Numbered from the stretch's first letter, positions 22,198 to 31,663 are shown. The stretch: 64,000 nt of DNA from an uncultured Prolixibacteraceae bacterium (GCA_963849775.1 CAWKIX010000048.1:5879-69878); one strand, 5' to 3'. Notes: generated by a model from the letters alone, not told the origin. Numbers and translations: made by a program.

Positions 22198-25100
22198 ATG
22201 CTTGCAGCAAAAACAAGGAAAAATAATACATTTTCATCCGTTCAGGCTGCAAATAATAATTTGTTTTTTCAGCCAAAGCTTGAAGTTGGAAAACCCACCG
22301 ATAGGTATGAAGTAGAAGCGGAAAGAACTGCTGATAGGGTAGTTGCTCAGGGCTTTTTAAATGAAGGGAATGAATCATTTTTTAAGCCAAATTCACAGGT
22401 GCAGCAAAAAGTGGAAGACGAACCGAAAAACAAAATTCAAGGAAAACCTTTGATTGAGGGCATTTCAACTTTGGTACAAACAAAAGCTGACAATTCGAAA
22501 GTTGAGGAATTGGAACCAGGTGAGACGGATGTTCAGGCTAAATTGGAAGAAGAACCAAAACATTTGGATAACCTCGGAGAAATTCAAAAGAAAGAAGATG
22601 AACTAATCGAATCTGAAGAAGAAGTTTCCGAAGTTCAGGCGAAAATTGAAGAAACCAGTGAGACTTCCGGCAACGAACATATAACACATCCATTGAATGA
22701 AAAGGTTCAAAAACAGGAAGAAGAAATAAGTGAAACGGAGGAAAGTGTTTTTGAAGTTCAGGCGAAAGTAGAAGAGCAAACAGAGTCTTTGAAACCGAAA
22801 AACGTGGAAACTCAATTTTCCATTTCCGAAGTACAAAAAGCTGAAGAAGAAAATTCGGAGCTGGAAGAAGAGGAAGTAATAGTTCAGGAAAAAAGCTTTC
22901 TGCAAAAAAGGGAAGACCCTGAAATAAAAGATGAAAAGCCGGAAAACATCCAGGCAAAATCGAACGAAAACGCTACGGTTGATTCGGGAGTTGAATCCAT
23001 ATTGAATTTATCGAAAGGAACTGGAACTCCACTTCCCGAAAATACAAAAAGCAGAAATGGAATCAGGATTTGGGGCCGATTTTACGATGTTCGCATTCAT
23101 ACCGGCTCCGATGCGGTTCAAATGAATAAAAGCCTCGGTGCCCAAGCATTTACACATGGCAACGATATTTATTTTAACGAAGGGAAATACAATTCTGACA
23201 ATAGTTCAGGAAAACATTTACTCGCGCATGAATTAATACATACTATTCAGCAGGGTGCTTCTGTTAAGCCAAAAATGGTTCAGAAAGTTAATGAGCCGGA
23301 ATCTCCAATAACCATAAACGAAGTGACTGAACAGCATCCAAGCCAGAGAGGCACCATTGAAAAAAGTGGTAGTACCGTTACCATCTTCTTAAACGGATTA
23401 AATGTAAAGTCAAATGCTCCATCATCGTTACTGGATAGTCTTCCTCTTCCGCATCAATTGCCACGATCCGGATCCCGGAGTGAGTTGCCAACACGGCAAG
23501 CCACCATTTGGTCGGGCGCTGTCCGAAGTGATACAGAGTCAAGTCTTGAGAACTTGCTGGCAGAAATTGAGACAGAAAGACCGATGTCCGAGAAAAAAGC
23601 CCCAGGTAATTTGTATAAACTTACATTAAAACGAGGAAGCAGACAAGCGGCCTTAACCGGTAATTTTACCCAACTTAAAAATGCTGCTTTAATTCCTTCA
23701 TGGAACAGAAGGGGAGAAACGATAACTTTTCAGGTAGAACATGTGCTTGATTATCAAATTGCAGGCAACCTTGCTGATAATATTGAAAATCTGATCCTAC
23801 TGGAGTCATCTACAAATAATTTTTTAGGCGATGTAATGCGCTCGTACATCAGAGATCATATAAACGATGTATTGGAACACTATAATCAATACATAGCAGG
23901 CGACGACCTTGTAAATTCTGCCGACGCTGCCCGCGAAAATGAAAATTATACGATTAAGGCCAATAGCTTTTCAAATGTGGTGCATGAGTTTATAGCAGAC
24001 AGGGCCTTTTTTAGGGAGGATTACAGCCCGAACAGGCCAGGCAATCCTTTAAACCCCGCTTTGGTGGAGTTGGAATCGCTTACCATACCGCCCGGTCATT
24101 TTATACTTAAAACCAGCAGGACTTCTGCCGGGCTTTTACTTCCTTACAGTGCACAAAACCTGGATGTTGGAAGCCTTCGGCTAACCTTGCACGGAAATGA
24201 ACAAGACGGATTATCCTCCATAATAGTTACACCTGTTATTGATGGTAACCATTTAGAAGGAGAAATTGCACCAGAGACTTATACTGTAACGCGTGCAACC
24301 GGAACGCATACTTATACCGCAGAGACCGCTTTCGGCAGAAGACAAATTATGGGTGGACTTCGTCTGCGTTACCTAAGTTTAATGGAATTTACCGAGCCGC
24401 AATTAGACGATAACTTAAACATCAGGGCTGAAGGCCGGATTAATGCCCCATCCCCCGGATTTTTGAACAATACACCAATAGAAATTTCTATTACCGGCAA
24501 AACCCTCTCCATACAAAAAACCTTTTCCGCCAGTGATTTAGCGTCAGTGGGCCCATTCTCCATCGATTACGCTTCCCTTGCTTTGGGACTAAAAACTGCT
24601 GAGGGTATAACAGCTTCCGGCAGTGTTGGATTTTCAATAGCGGGGGTAGGTTCCGGTTCGGTGAATGCAAGCGCTTCACAAGGGAATTTCATGCTAAATG
24701 GTAATTTTGGATTCGAAAGTGATAAAATTGATGGCAATCTGGAAATGCAATATTCGAGTGCCTCAGACCATGAGGGAACCGGCGGTGAAGGACAAAGTTC
24801 CTGGGGCATAGAGGGTACGCTCAACTTAAGAAGCATTAGAGGAATAAAAAATGCTACGATAACCGTAGGTTATGAAAACCAGACTATTACGGGTAGCGCT
24901 ACAAGCATAGAACTGGACGTGCCCGGTGTAACGGTTAACGAAATCTCTTTAAGTTACGGAGTAGATTCAGAAACCTTTGAATTTACCGTTTCTGCCGGCA
25001 CATCACGTATTCCCGGTATTCAAAGTGCGGAAGTTACAGTTACCATAAGTTCCGGGGGGAATGGTGAAGACGGAGCTGGTTCCGGAGATTTGGCGCTTAA

Positions 25101-26505
25101 CATCTCAGGATCGGCCACCTTCCGTTCCATACCGGGGCTGCAAAATCCAACGCTTGCCATTACCTACGACAGCCAAAGCGGGGTAATAGATATATCCGCA
25201 AACGTGCAGTTCGAAAGAGGGAAAGTCTCTGGTTCGGTCACGGTTGGAGTAACGAACAGACAGGTAACCGATGGCGTAGCTGGTGGTGAGGCAGGAGAGC
25301 AAATGAATATTTACGGAGAAGGGCAATTAAGTATAACGATAACCGATCAATTTACTCCGCAGTTGGGGGCAAAACTTACACCGGAAGGAAATATCCTGTT
25401 AAACGGTTGGGTAAATGTTAATTTACAAATTGGAGAAGGGTACGAACGTGATCGGACTCTTTTCGGCATTGATGTTACACCGATTCCAATTTTTACGATT
25501 GGTATTGCGCAGGTTTTATTAACAGCGGGAGGTTCTTTGGGAGTTTACGCAAACATAAATCCAATTTCTATTGATGGCCGAATAGGTTTCGAAAACTTTA
25601 ATCCGGCAGTGCCGGAAAGTTTTAATGCAGTAGTGGAAGCAACCGCCCGGGCAAGTGCAAGTGCCGGACTAAAATTTGATGCTTATCTTGGAGTAATGGC
25701 GTCAGCAGCTATTATTTATGTAGAAGGACGATTGGTTGTAGAAACGAGGATAGGAGCGGAAGCCGGAGCTCAGATTTCTGGCAGTGTTACCTGGAACGCT
25801 TCACGAGGATTTGAAATTAATAACGCAACAGCTGGTCTGGATTTGAATTTGACAGCAAACGCAAGCCTTATACTTCATGTTGGAGCTGGAATTTATTTAT
25901 ATGTGAGTCGCGTGGAAGTTTTGTCGCATGACTTCCCGATAGCATCAACCGATTTTCCTCCGTTGGCACAGATGCAAGTTTCCATGCCAATAAATTTTGA
26001 AAATGGTTCGCTTTCAGAAATTAATGCCGAAGATATAAGTATCAGAAATAATCCGTTGGATAATCCACAGGCAGCCGGAAGATTTCTTCAAGGTGCAGTA
26101 ACCGATGTCGGGCCCGAGCCTGAAAATGTTGAAGTGACGCAGGCCAGAAGCCAAATTGTAAATAATATTCGTCAATATCCTTCAATAGGCCCAGCTAATC
26201 CTGATTATTATATTCTGTATAGCAAGCAATTTTTGGTTGAAGAGCTGAAAAATAACCATCCTGATGAAGATTGGTCGTGGCTGGACACAGAATTGGCAAA
26301 TATGGAATACTCCGAGTTTATCGATTTTAGAGCCTACATTTTAAGTCAACCTTGTTCCTCGTCCAGAATACATGAAATGCAAATGTTTGGAATTAATCAT
26401 CCATCGGTTGGAAGAGCCGATATGAGTATACTGGAAACTGAGCTACAGCAACAGGATGACGAATGTTTTTCGATGGATTTACCTCCCGGGGAGTCAGAAA
26501 CATGA
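22198..26505 (+). CDS. DUF4157 cargo protein 2 with HNH-like motif, long beta-rich region and unknown C-terminal domain
   Basis: QPKLEVGKPTDRYEVEAE, VQAK-E repeats, AQAFTHGNDIYF..HLLAHELIHTIQQ, QVEHVLDYQIAG..DNIENLILLESSTN, Gly/Ser-rich amphipathic beta strands. Confidence 0.85.
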   Translation: MLAAKTRKNNTFSSVQAANNNLFFQPKLEVGKPTDRYEVEAERTADRVVAQGFLNEGNESFFKPNSQVQQKVEDEPKNKIQGKPLIEGISTLVQTKADNSKVEELEPGETDVQAKLEEEPKHLDNLGEIQKKEDELIESEEEVSEVQAKIEETSETSGNEHITHPLNEKVQKQEEEISETEESVFEVQAKVEEQTESLKPKNVETQFSISEVQKAEEENSELEEEEVIVQEKSFLQKREDPEIKDEKPENIQAKSNENATVDSGVESILNLSKGTGTPLPENTKSRNGIRIWGRFYDVRIHTGSDAVQMNKSLGAQAFTHGNDIYFNEGKYNSDNSSGKHLLAHELIHTIQQGASVKPKMVQKVNEPESPITINEVTEQHPSQRGTIEKSGSTVTIFLNGLNVKSNAPSSLLDSLPLPHQLPRSGSRSELPTRQATIWSGAVRSDTESSLENLLAEIETERPMSEKKAPGNLYKLTLKRGSRQAALTGNFTQLKNAALIPSWNRRGETITFQVEHVLDYQIAGNLADNIENLILLESSTNNFLGDVMRSYIRDHINDVLEHYNQYIAGDDLVNSADAARENENYTIKANSFSNVVHEFIADRAFFREDYSPNRPGNPLNPALVELESLTIPPGHFILKTSRTSAGLLLPYSAQNLDVGSLRLTLHGNEQDGLSSIIVTPVIDGNHLEGEIAPETYTVTRATGTHTYTAETAFGRRQIMGGLRLRYLSLMEFTEPQLDDNLNIRAEGRINAPSPGFLNNTPIEISITGKTLSIQKTFSASDLASVGPFSIDYASLALGLKTAEGITASGSVGFSIAGVGSGSVNASASQGNFMLNGNFGFESDKIDGNLEMQYSSASDHEGTGGEGQSSWGIEGTLNLRSIRGIKNATITVGYENQTITGSATSIELDVPGVTVNEISLSYGVDSETFEFTVSAGTSRIPGIQSAEVTVTISSGGNGEDGAGSGDLALNISGSATFRSIPGLQNPTLAITYDSQSGVIDISANVQFERGKVSGSVTVGVTNRQVTDGVAGGEAGEQMNIYGEGQLSITITDQFTPQLGAKLTPEGNILLNGWVNVNLQIGEGYERDRTLFGIDVTPIPIFTIGIAQVLLTAGGSLGVYANINPISIDGRIGFENFNPAVPESFNAVVEATARASASAGLKFDAYLGVMASAAIIYVEGRLVVETRIGAEAGAQISGSVTWNASRGFEINNATAGLDLNLTANASLILHVGAGIYLYVSRVEVLSHDFPIASTDFPPLAQMQVSMPINFENGSLSEINAEDISIRNNPLDNPQAAGRFLQGAVTDVGPEPENVEVTQARSQIVNNIRQYPSIGPANPDYYILYSKQFLVEELKNNHPDEDWSWLDTELANMEYSEFIDFRAYILSQPCSSSRIHEMQMFGINHPSVGRADMSILETELQQQDDECFSMDLPPGESET

Positions 26506-26627
26506 TATTCGAAAATCATTAAATTAATTGTTGAATGTTTACAGCTGAGACTTACGATGAATGATAAATATTTAAACTAAACAAATCCGGGTTATAAAAG
26601 CTTTTATATAGGAATAAATAGATAAAT

Positions 26628-27464
26628 ATGAATACTATAAAAATTCGTTCGCGTGGTTCCGAAGTACGCCTTTTAAATGAACTTCTGGAGAAATTAGGAT
26701 ACGAAGTATATGTTTCTGATTCTTTCAGAGCTGATACTGATTTAGCAGTCAGGGATTTTCAGAAACGGAATAACCTTGTGGTTGATGGTGTTGTGGGAAC
26801 TAAAACATGGATTTTACTCATTAAGAACGATGATCAGCTTACGACTTCTGACGATAAGTTTTTGTCGGAAAATGACTTAAAAGACTTTGCAGCTTCTTAT
26901 AACGTAGAGTTGGCTGCTGTAAAGGCAGTGAATGAAATTGAAAGCAGCGGAAAAGGATTTTTGTTGGTTGGAAAACCGCGAATTCTTTTTGAAGGCCATG
27001 TCTTCTGGCGTGAATTGGCAAAGCGTAATCTGAAACCAATTCAATTGCTAAATGCGGCTAACCAGGATGTTTTATACGAAAAATGGACACGGAGTTATTA
27101 TAAAGGCGGGGCAGGAGAGTACGACAGACTGGATAAGGCAGCACTAATTTCTTTAGTGCCGGGAATAAAAGAAGCCGCTTATTGTTCAGCTTCGTGGGGA
27201 GCATTTCAAATTATGGGATACCACTATAAAAATATAGGCTATAATTCTGTATTTCATTTTGTTGATAAAATGAGCGAACATGAGCGTGAACATTTAGATG
27301 CATTTGGGAAATTTATTTCAATTGCTTCTTTTTCAGGCAGAAAGTTAATTGATTGGCTGAGGGAAAAGCAGTGGGCGAAATTTGCGAATGGATACAATGG
27401 ACCCGGCTATAAGCAAAATAAATACGACATTAAATTGCAAAAAGCATACGAAAAATATTCTTAA
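26628..27464 (+). CDS. N-acetylmuramidase (DUF3380/Muramidase family) with N-terminal PG-binding domain
   Basis: AVRDFQKRNNLVVDGVVG.KTW; AV..IESSGKGF, PRILFEGHVF, SASWGAFQIMG, WAKFA.GYNGPGY..NKYD. Confidence 0.92.
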   Translation: MNTIKIRSRGSEVRLLNELLEKLGYEVYVSDSFRADTDLAVRDFQKRNNLVVDGVVGTKTWILLIKNDDQLTTSDDKFLSENDLKDFAASYNVELAAVKAVNEIESSGKGFLLVGKPRILFEGHVFWRELAKRNLKPIQLLNAANQDVLYEKWTRSYYKGGAGEYDRLDKAALISLVPGIKEAAYCSASWGAFQIMGYHYKNIGYNSVFHFVDKMSEHEREHLDAFGKFISIASFSGRKLIDWLREKQWAKFANGYNGPGYKQNKYDIKLQKAYEKYS

Positions 27465-27478
27465 CTACTTAAAATATT

Positions 27479-28828
27479 ATGGCTGAAAACAAAAACTTCA
27501 AATTGGATTCATCGCTTGAAAATATATTTGCTTATTTAGAACAACTTATTCGGCAGCGACTGGATTTTGAACTAAAAAATATGCAGCCCAAACCATTGTC
27601 TGTGACTCTTGAATCGGGTAATTCTCACCTGGCAAAATTTATTATCAACCATAAACTTTCCAATGAAGAATTGATATTTCTTTTACTGGCGATGGTTCCA
27701 CATGTAAAGCCTGGTTTTATTTCGGGTATCATTTCCGAATATCTTCCCGGTGGGGGCGATTTTCCGGAATTTGGTGGTGTAAAGGGGAAAAACCACCGTG
27801 GCATATTACCAACAGGCGAAACTGCGTTATATATTATTTATGGTCACGATATTCAAAAGCGCTTACTTGGTTTTGAAGAAATAACAGAAAATTCGATTCT
27901 GTTTCAATTGCAGATATTAAATATTGAGTCAGTGCCAACAGGTGAACCCGTTTGGAGTGGAAAACTTACGATTGATTCAGAGTATCTGGCAAAATTTACA
28001 ACGGGCTCGGTTTTAAAACCAAAGTTAAGCAGCGATTTTCCGGCAGAATTAATTACTACTGAACTCGAGTGGAAAGATTTGGTTCTACAGGAAAAAACAT
28101 TCACCGAAATTAATGAAATCGAAGTATGGCTGAAACATAATGAGACATTGATGAACAGCTGGAAAATGAAGGGAAAAGTAAAACCCGGATACCGGATTTT
28201 GTTTCACGGCCCTCCAGGAACAGGAAAGACAATGACAGCTTGTTTGTTGGGGAAATATACAAATCACGACGTTTTTCGAATTGATCTTTCCATGGTGGTT
28301 TCAAAATATATTGGTGAAACGGAAAAGAATCTTTCAAAGTTGTTTGATAAGGCTGCAAATAAAGATTGGATTTTATTTTTTGATGAAGCCGATTCTATTT
28401 TTGGCAAGCGCACCGATGTGCGTGATGCGCATGATAAATATGCCAACCAGGAAGTTTCATATCTTTTGCAGCGAATTGAATCACATCCCGGGCTTGTAAT
28501 TCTGGCTTCAAACATGAAATCCAATATCGATCCTTCATTTACGCGGCGATTCAATTCTATTATTGAATTTGAAAACCCGGGAGTTGCAGAACGATTAAAA
28601 TTATGGGAAAACTATATTCCCGAATCCGTTTCTTTGGATGATAAAATTGCGATAAAGGATATTGCTACAAAATATGAAATTACAGGAGCAAATATTGTGA
28701 ACGTAATCCAATATGCCGGCTTAAGAACAATCGAGAAAAAATCGCAGGTGATATCAGCGGGCGATTTATTTTTGGGTATCCAAAAAGAGTATGAAAAAGA
28801 GGGAAAAATGATAAGAAAGGAATTTTAA
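27479..28828 (+). CDS. AAA+ ATPase (Afp15/Pvc15-like)
   Basis: Walker A GPPGTGKT, IDLS.VVSKYIGETEKNL, Walker B LFFDEAD, DAHDKYANQEVSYLLQRIE. Confidence 0.93.
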   Translation: MAENKNFKLDSSLENIFAYLEQLIRQRLDFELKNMQPKPLSVTLESGNSHLAKFIINHKLSNEELIFLLLAMVPHVKPGFISGIISEYLPGGGDFPEFGGVKGKNHRGILPTGETALYIIYGHDIQKRLLGFEEITENSILFQLQILNIESVPTGEPVWSGKLTIDSEYLAKFTTGSVLKPKLSSDFPAELITTELEWKDLVLQEKTFTEINEIEVWLKHNETLMNSWKMKGKVKPGYRILFHGPPGTGKTMTACLLGKYTNHDVFRIDLSMVVSKYIGETEKNLSKLFDKAANKDWILFFDEADSIFGKRTDVRDAHDKYANQEVSYLLQRIESHPGLVILASNMKSNIDPSFTRRFNSIIEFENPGVAERLKLWENYIPESVSLDDKIAIKDIATKYEITGANIVNVIQYAGLRTIEKKSQVISAGDLFLGIQKEYEKEGKMIRKEF

Positions 28829-28864
28829 TGCCAGTTCCTGGTTTTTCTCTACTGAACCAAGTAA

Positions 28865-28900
28865 AAATGCCAAAACACTTTTTACGGTGAATTGGCATTT
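28865..28900. terminator. Probable bidirectional terminator between the convergent ATPase and peroxiredoxin genes
   Basis: AAATGCCAA (28865-73) ... TTGGCATTT (28892-900) inverted repeat. Confidence 0.5.
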
Positions 28901-28919
28901 GATTCTATTCAAATAACTT

Positions 28920-29567
28920 TTATAAGTCTCTCTTTGCAAGATAGAAATCAACCATTTCGTAGTCGCTCTTTTCGCGTTCTTCCATATCAGGAACCGTTTT
29001 TGGCGGAGGAACGATTACTTTCTCACCGGGTTGCCAGTTCAAAGGAAGTGCAACCGCGTATTTATCTGCTGTTTGCAATGCTTTTAAAACACGAACAATT
29101 TCATCCATGTTCCGGCCAACATTGAGCGGATAATACATAATCAGTCGAATTTTTCCTGTTGGATCAATAATAAATACAGCACGCACAGCGGCGGTTTCGC
29201 TTTCATTGGGTTGAAGCATTCCGTACAACTGAGCAACTTTCATATCAATGTCAGCAATAATAGGAAAATTGAATAATACGCCAGTGTTTTTCTTTACATT
29301 ATTAACCCATGCAACATGTGCATGTATACTGTCGATACTTAACCCGATAAGTTTGGTATTCATTGCAGCAAATTCGTCACCGCGAACAGCAAAACCGCTC
29401 ATTTCAGTTGTACAAACCGGGGTGAAATCGGCAGGGTGTGAGAAAAGGATTGTCCAACTGTCTTTAATGTATTCTGAAAATTGAATAGGGCCATAAGTGG
29501 TGTTTGCCTTAAAATCCGGAGCCATATCTCCAATACGCGGCATTGATGTAACTTTTACTTCTTCCAT
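28920..29567 (-). CDS. Peroxiredoxin (1-Cys/Prx6 type)
   Basis: FSHPADFTPVCTTE, VRAVFIIDP, YP..VGRNMDEI.R. Confidence 0.95.
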   Translation of the reverse strand: MEEVKVTSMPRIGDMAPDFKANTTYGPIQFSEYIKDSWTILFSHPADFTPVCTTEMSGFAVRGDEFAAMNTKLIGLSIDSIHAHVAWVNNVKKNTGVLFNFPIIADIDMKVAQLYGMLQPNESETAAVRAVFIIDPTGKIRLIMYYPLNVGRNMDEIVRVLKALQTADKYAVALPLNWQPGEKVIVPPPKTVPDMEEREKSDYEMVDFYLAKRDL

Positions 29568-29958
29568 GTTAATTTATTTAATTTAAAGAGAATAATAATT
29601 ATAGTGTCTTTCATAAAACGAAAATTTAATGGATTGGTTCAAAATGTTTTACATTTTTTTTGAAGAAAACAATTAAAATTTATAATCATTTGTTCGTTTA
29701 ATGAGTTGTATAGTTCAGTTAATGTTGATGTTTAATGAAATTATTATTGAATAAGGTTTTGCATTTTGAGTTGGTTTTAATAGATGAGAGTAAAAGGATT
29801 GATATCTGAATGTTTGTCAATCAGTATTTCTTAACATTTAAATGTTAATTGTTTCAGTAAAAACTTCTGAAACTGTTTGATATTTTACCAAAAAAGTATT
29901 TTCTTTGCAAGCCGTTTTAAGAACGTGTTTAATTTGATCATCAAGAAATTAAAAGGAA

Positions 29959-30201
29959 ATGTCACGAGTTTGTCAGATAACAGGTAAAACTGCCATGATT
30001 GGGAACAATGTTTCTCACTCAAAAAGAAGAACAAAACGGAAGTTCGATGTGAACCTGTTTAAAAAGAAATTTTATCTTGCAGAAGAAGATCGTTGGGTTA
30101 ATTTAACCGTATCAGCTGCAGGTATCCGTACCATTAATAAAAATGGTCTTAAAGCTGCATTGAAAAATGCTCATAAAAAGGGTTATATCGAAAAAATTTA
30201 A
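29959..30201 (+). CDS. rpmB: 50S ribosomal protein L28
   Basis: [28 protein letters not shown]. Confidence 0.98.
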   Translation: MSRVCQITGKTAMIGNNVSHSKRRTKRKFDVNLFKKKFYLAEEDRWVNLTVSAAGIRTINKNGLKAALKNAHKKGYIEKI

Positions 30202-30213
30202 AGATTTTGAGAA

Positions 30214-30402
30214 ATGGCAAAAAAAGGAAAAGGCAATAGAATTCAGGTAATTTTGGAATGCACTGAGCATAAGAATAGTGGAGTGCCGGGTACTTCAAGA
30301 TATATTACTGTTAAGAACAGAAAAAATTCACCTGACCGTATGGAGTTGAAAAAATACAACCCTATTTTGAAAAAGGTAACAGTTCATAAAGAAATTAAAT
30401 AA
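30214..30402 (+). CDS. rpmG: 50S ribosomal protein L33
   Basis: [31 protein letters not shown]. Confidence 0.98.
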   Translation: MAKKGKGNRIQVILECTEHKNSGVPGTSRYITVKNRKNSPDRMELKKYNPILKKVTVHKEIK

Positions 30403-30410
30403 ATTGAGTT

Positions 30411-30563
30411 ATGGCAAAGAAGACGGTAGCAACGTTACAAAAAGGTGCTGGTAAAGGTTACGCAAAAGTGATTAAAATGACAAAATCACCTAAAACCGGT
30501 GCATATTCTTTTAAAGAAGAAGTTATTCCTAACGACAACGTAATGGAGTATTTCAAAAAATAA
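30411..30563 (+). CDS. DUF4295 small protein (Bacteroidia ribosomal protein bL38), 50 aa, missing from the ORF track
   Basis: Hand translation MAKKTVATLQKGAGKGYAKVIKMTKSPKTGAYSFKEEVIPNDNVMEYFKK*; conserved position after rpmB-rpmG. Confidence 0.9.
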   Translation: MAKKTVATLQKGAGKGYAKVIKMTKSPKTGAYSFKEEVIPNDNVMEYFKK

Positions 30564-30595
30564 TCCGTAAAGTTCGGATACATATTTTATGGATC

Positions 30596-30630
30596 AAAAA
30601 AAGCTTTCATCTTAAGTGAAAGCTTTTTTT
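30596..30630 (+). terminator. Intrinsic terminator of the rpmB-rpmG-DUF4295 operon
   Basis: AAAAAAAGCTTTCA-TCTTAAG-TGAAAGCTTTTTTT hairpin with T tract. Confidence 0.85.
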
Positions 30631-30700
30631 GTTTGTTTGGAAACCAATATATTTACGTGTTTTTAAACTGAATTTAAAATTTCTGAAAATCATTGAATTT

Positions 30701-31651
30701 ATGGGGCTGTTCGGAAACTTTACAAAAAATAAGAAAGAAAGCCTTGAAGAAGGTCTTCAAAAAACAAAAGAAAGCGTTTTTAAAAAGCTGGGTCGTGCTG
30801 TTGTTGGTAAATCAAAAGTTGACGATGAGGTTTTGGATAACCTGGAAGAAGTTCTCATATCTTCTGATGTTGGCGTGGATACCACCATCAAAATTATTCA
30901 ACGTATTGAGGCAAGGGTTTCACGAGATAAGTACATGGGCGTAAGTGAATTAAATTCCATTTTAAAGGAAGAAATATTTGCTTTGCTTGAGGAAAATAAT
31001 TCTGCTGACGTTTCAGATTTTGATTTACCAAAATCTGATACACCGTATGTAATTATGGTGGTTGGTGTGAATGGCGTTGGTAAAACAACCACTATCGGAA
31101 AACTGGCATATAATTTTAAGGAAGCCGGAAAATCAGTTGTTTTAGGCGCAGCCGATACATTTAGAGCTGCCGCCATTGAACAACTTGAAATTTGGGCAAA
31201 GCGCGTTGATGTTCCAATTGTAAAGCAAAAAATGGGAGCTGATCCTGCATCAGTTGCTTATGATACGTTATCATCGGCAAAAGCAATAGGAGCTGATGTG
31301 GTTATTATTGATACTGCCGGGCGTTTGCACAATAAGATAAACCTGATGAATGAGCTCTCAAAAATAAAAAATGTGATGCAAAAGATTATTCCCGATGCAC
31401 CGCATGAGGTATTGCTTATTTTAGATGGTTCAACCGGACAAAATGCATTTGAACAAGCCAAACAATTTACAAAAGCTACCGAAGTAACTGCCCTGGCTTT
31501 GACAAAACTCGATGGAACTGCCAAAGGTGGGGTAGTGATCGGAATTTCCGATCAGTTTAAAATACCTGTTAAGTACATCGGAATTGGCGAAAAAATGGAA
31601 CATCTGCAAATTTTTAGAAGACGGGAATTTGTTGAATCCTTGTTTTCTTAG
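30701..31651 (+). CDS. ftsY: Signal recognition particle receptor FtsY
   Basis: GVNGVGKTTTIGKLA, DTFRAAA, DTAGR, TKLDGTAKGG; ATG 30701 preferred over TTG 30629. Confidence 0.97.
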   Translation: MGLFGNFTKNKKESLEEGLQKTKESVFKKLGRAVVGKSKVDDEVLDNLEEVLISSDVGVDTTIKIIQRIEARVSRDKYMGVSELNSILKEEIFALLEENNSADVSDFDLPKSDTPYVIMVVGVNGVGKTTTIGKLAYNFKEAGKSVVLGAADTFRAAAIEQLEIWAKRVDVPIVKQKMGADPASVAYDTLSSAKAIGADVVIIDTAGRLHNKINLMNELSKIKNVMQKIIPDAPHEVLLILDGSTGQNAFEQAKQFTKATEVTALALTKLDGTAKGGVVIGISDQFKIPVKYIGIGEKMEHLQIFRRREFVESLFS

Positions 31652-31663
31652 CAGATTTTCAAT

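Noticed and set aside
20520-22960. CRISPR array or diversity-generating retroelement repeats
   Set aside because: The repeats are degenerate in-frame Glu-rich coding units without constant repeat/spacer structure; no cas or reverse transcriptase gene is present.
174-28828. Prophage or canonical T6SS
   Set aside because: No head, portal, terminase or integrase genes, and no TssB/C pair, membrane complex or ClpV in the window. DUF4255, the Afp14-type tape measure, Afp15 ATPase and DUF4157 indicate an eCIS.
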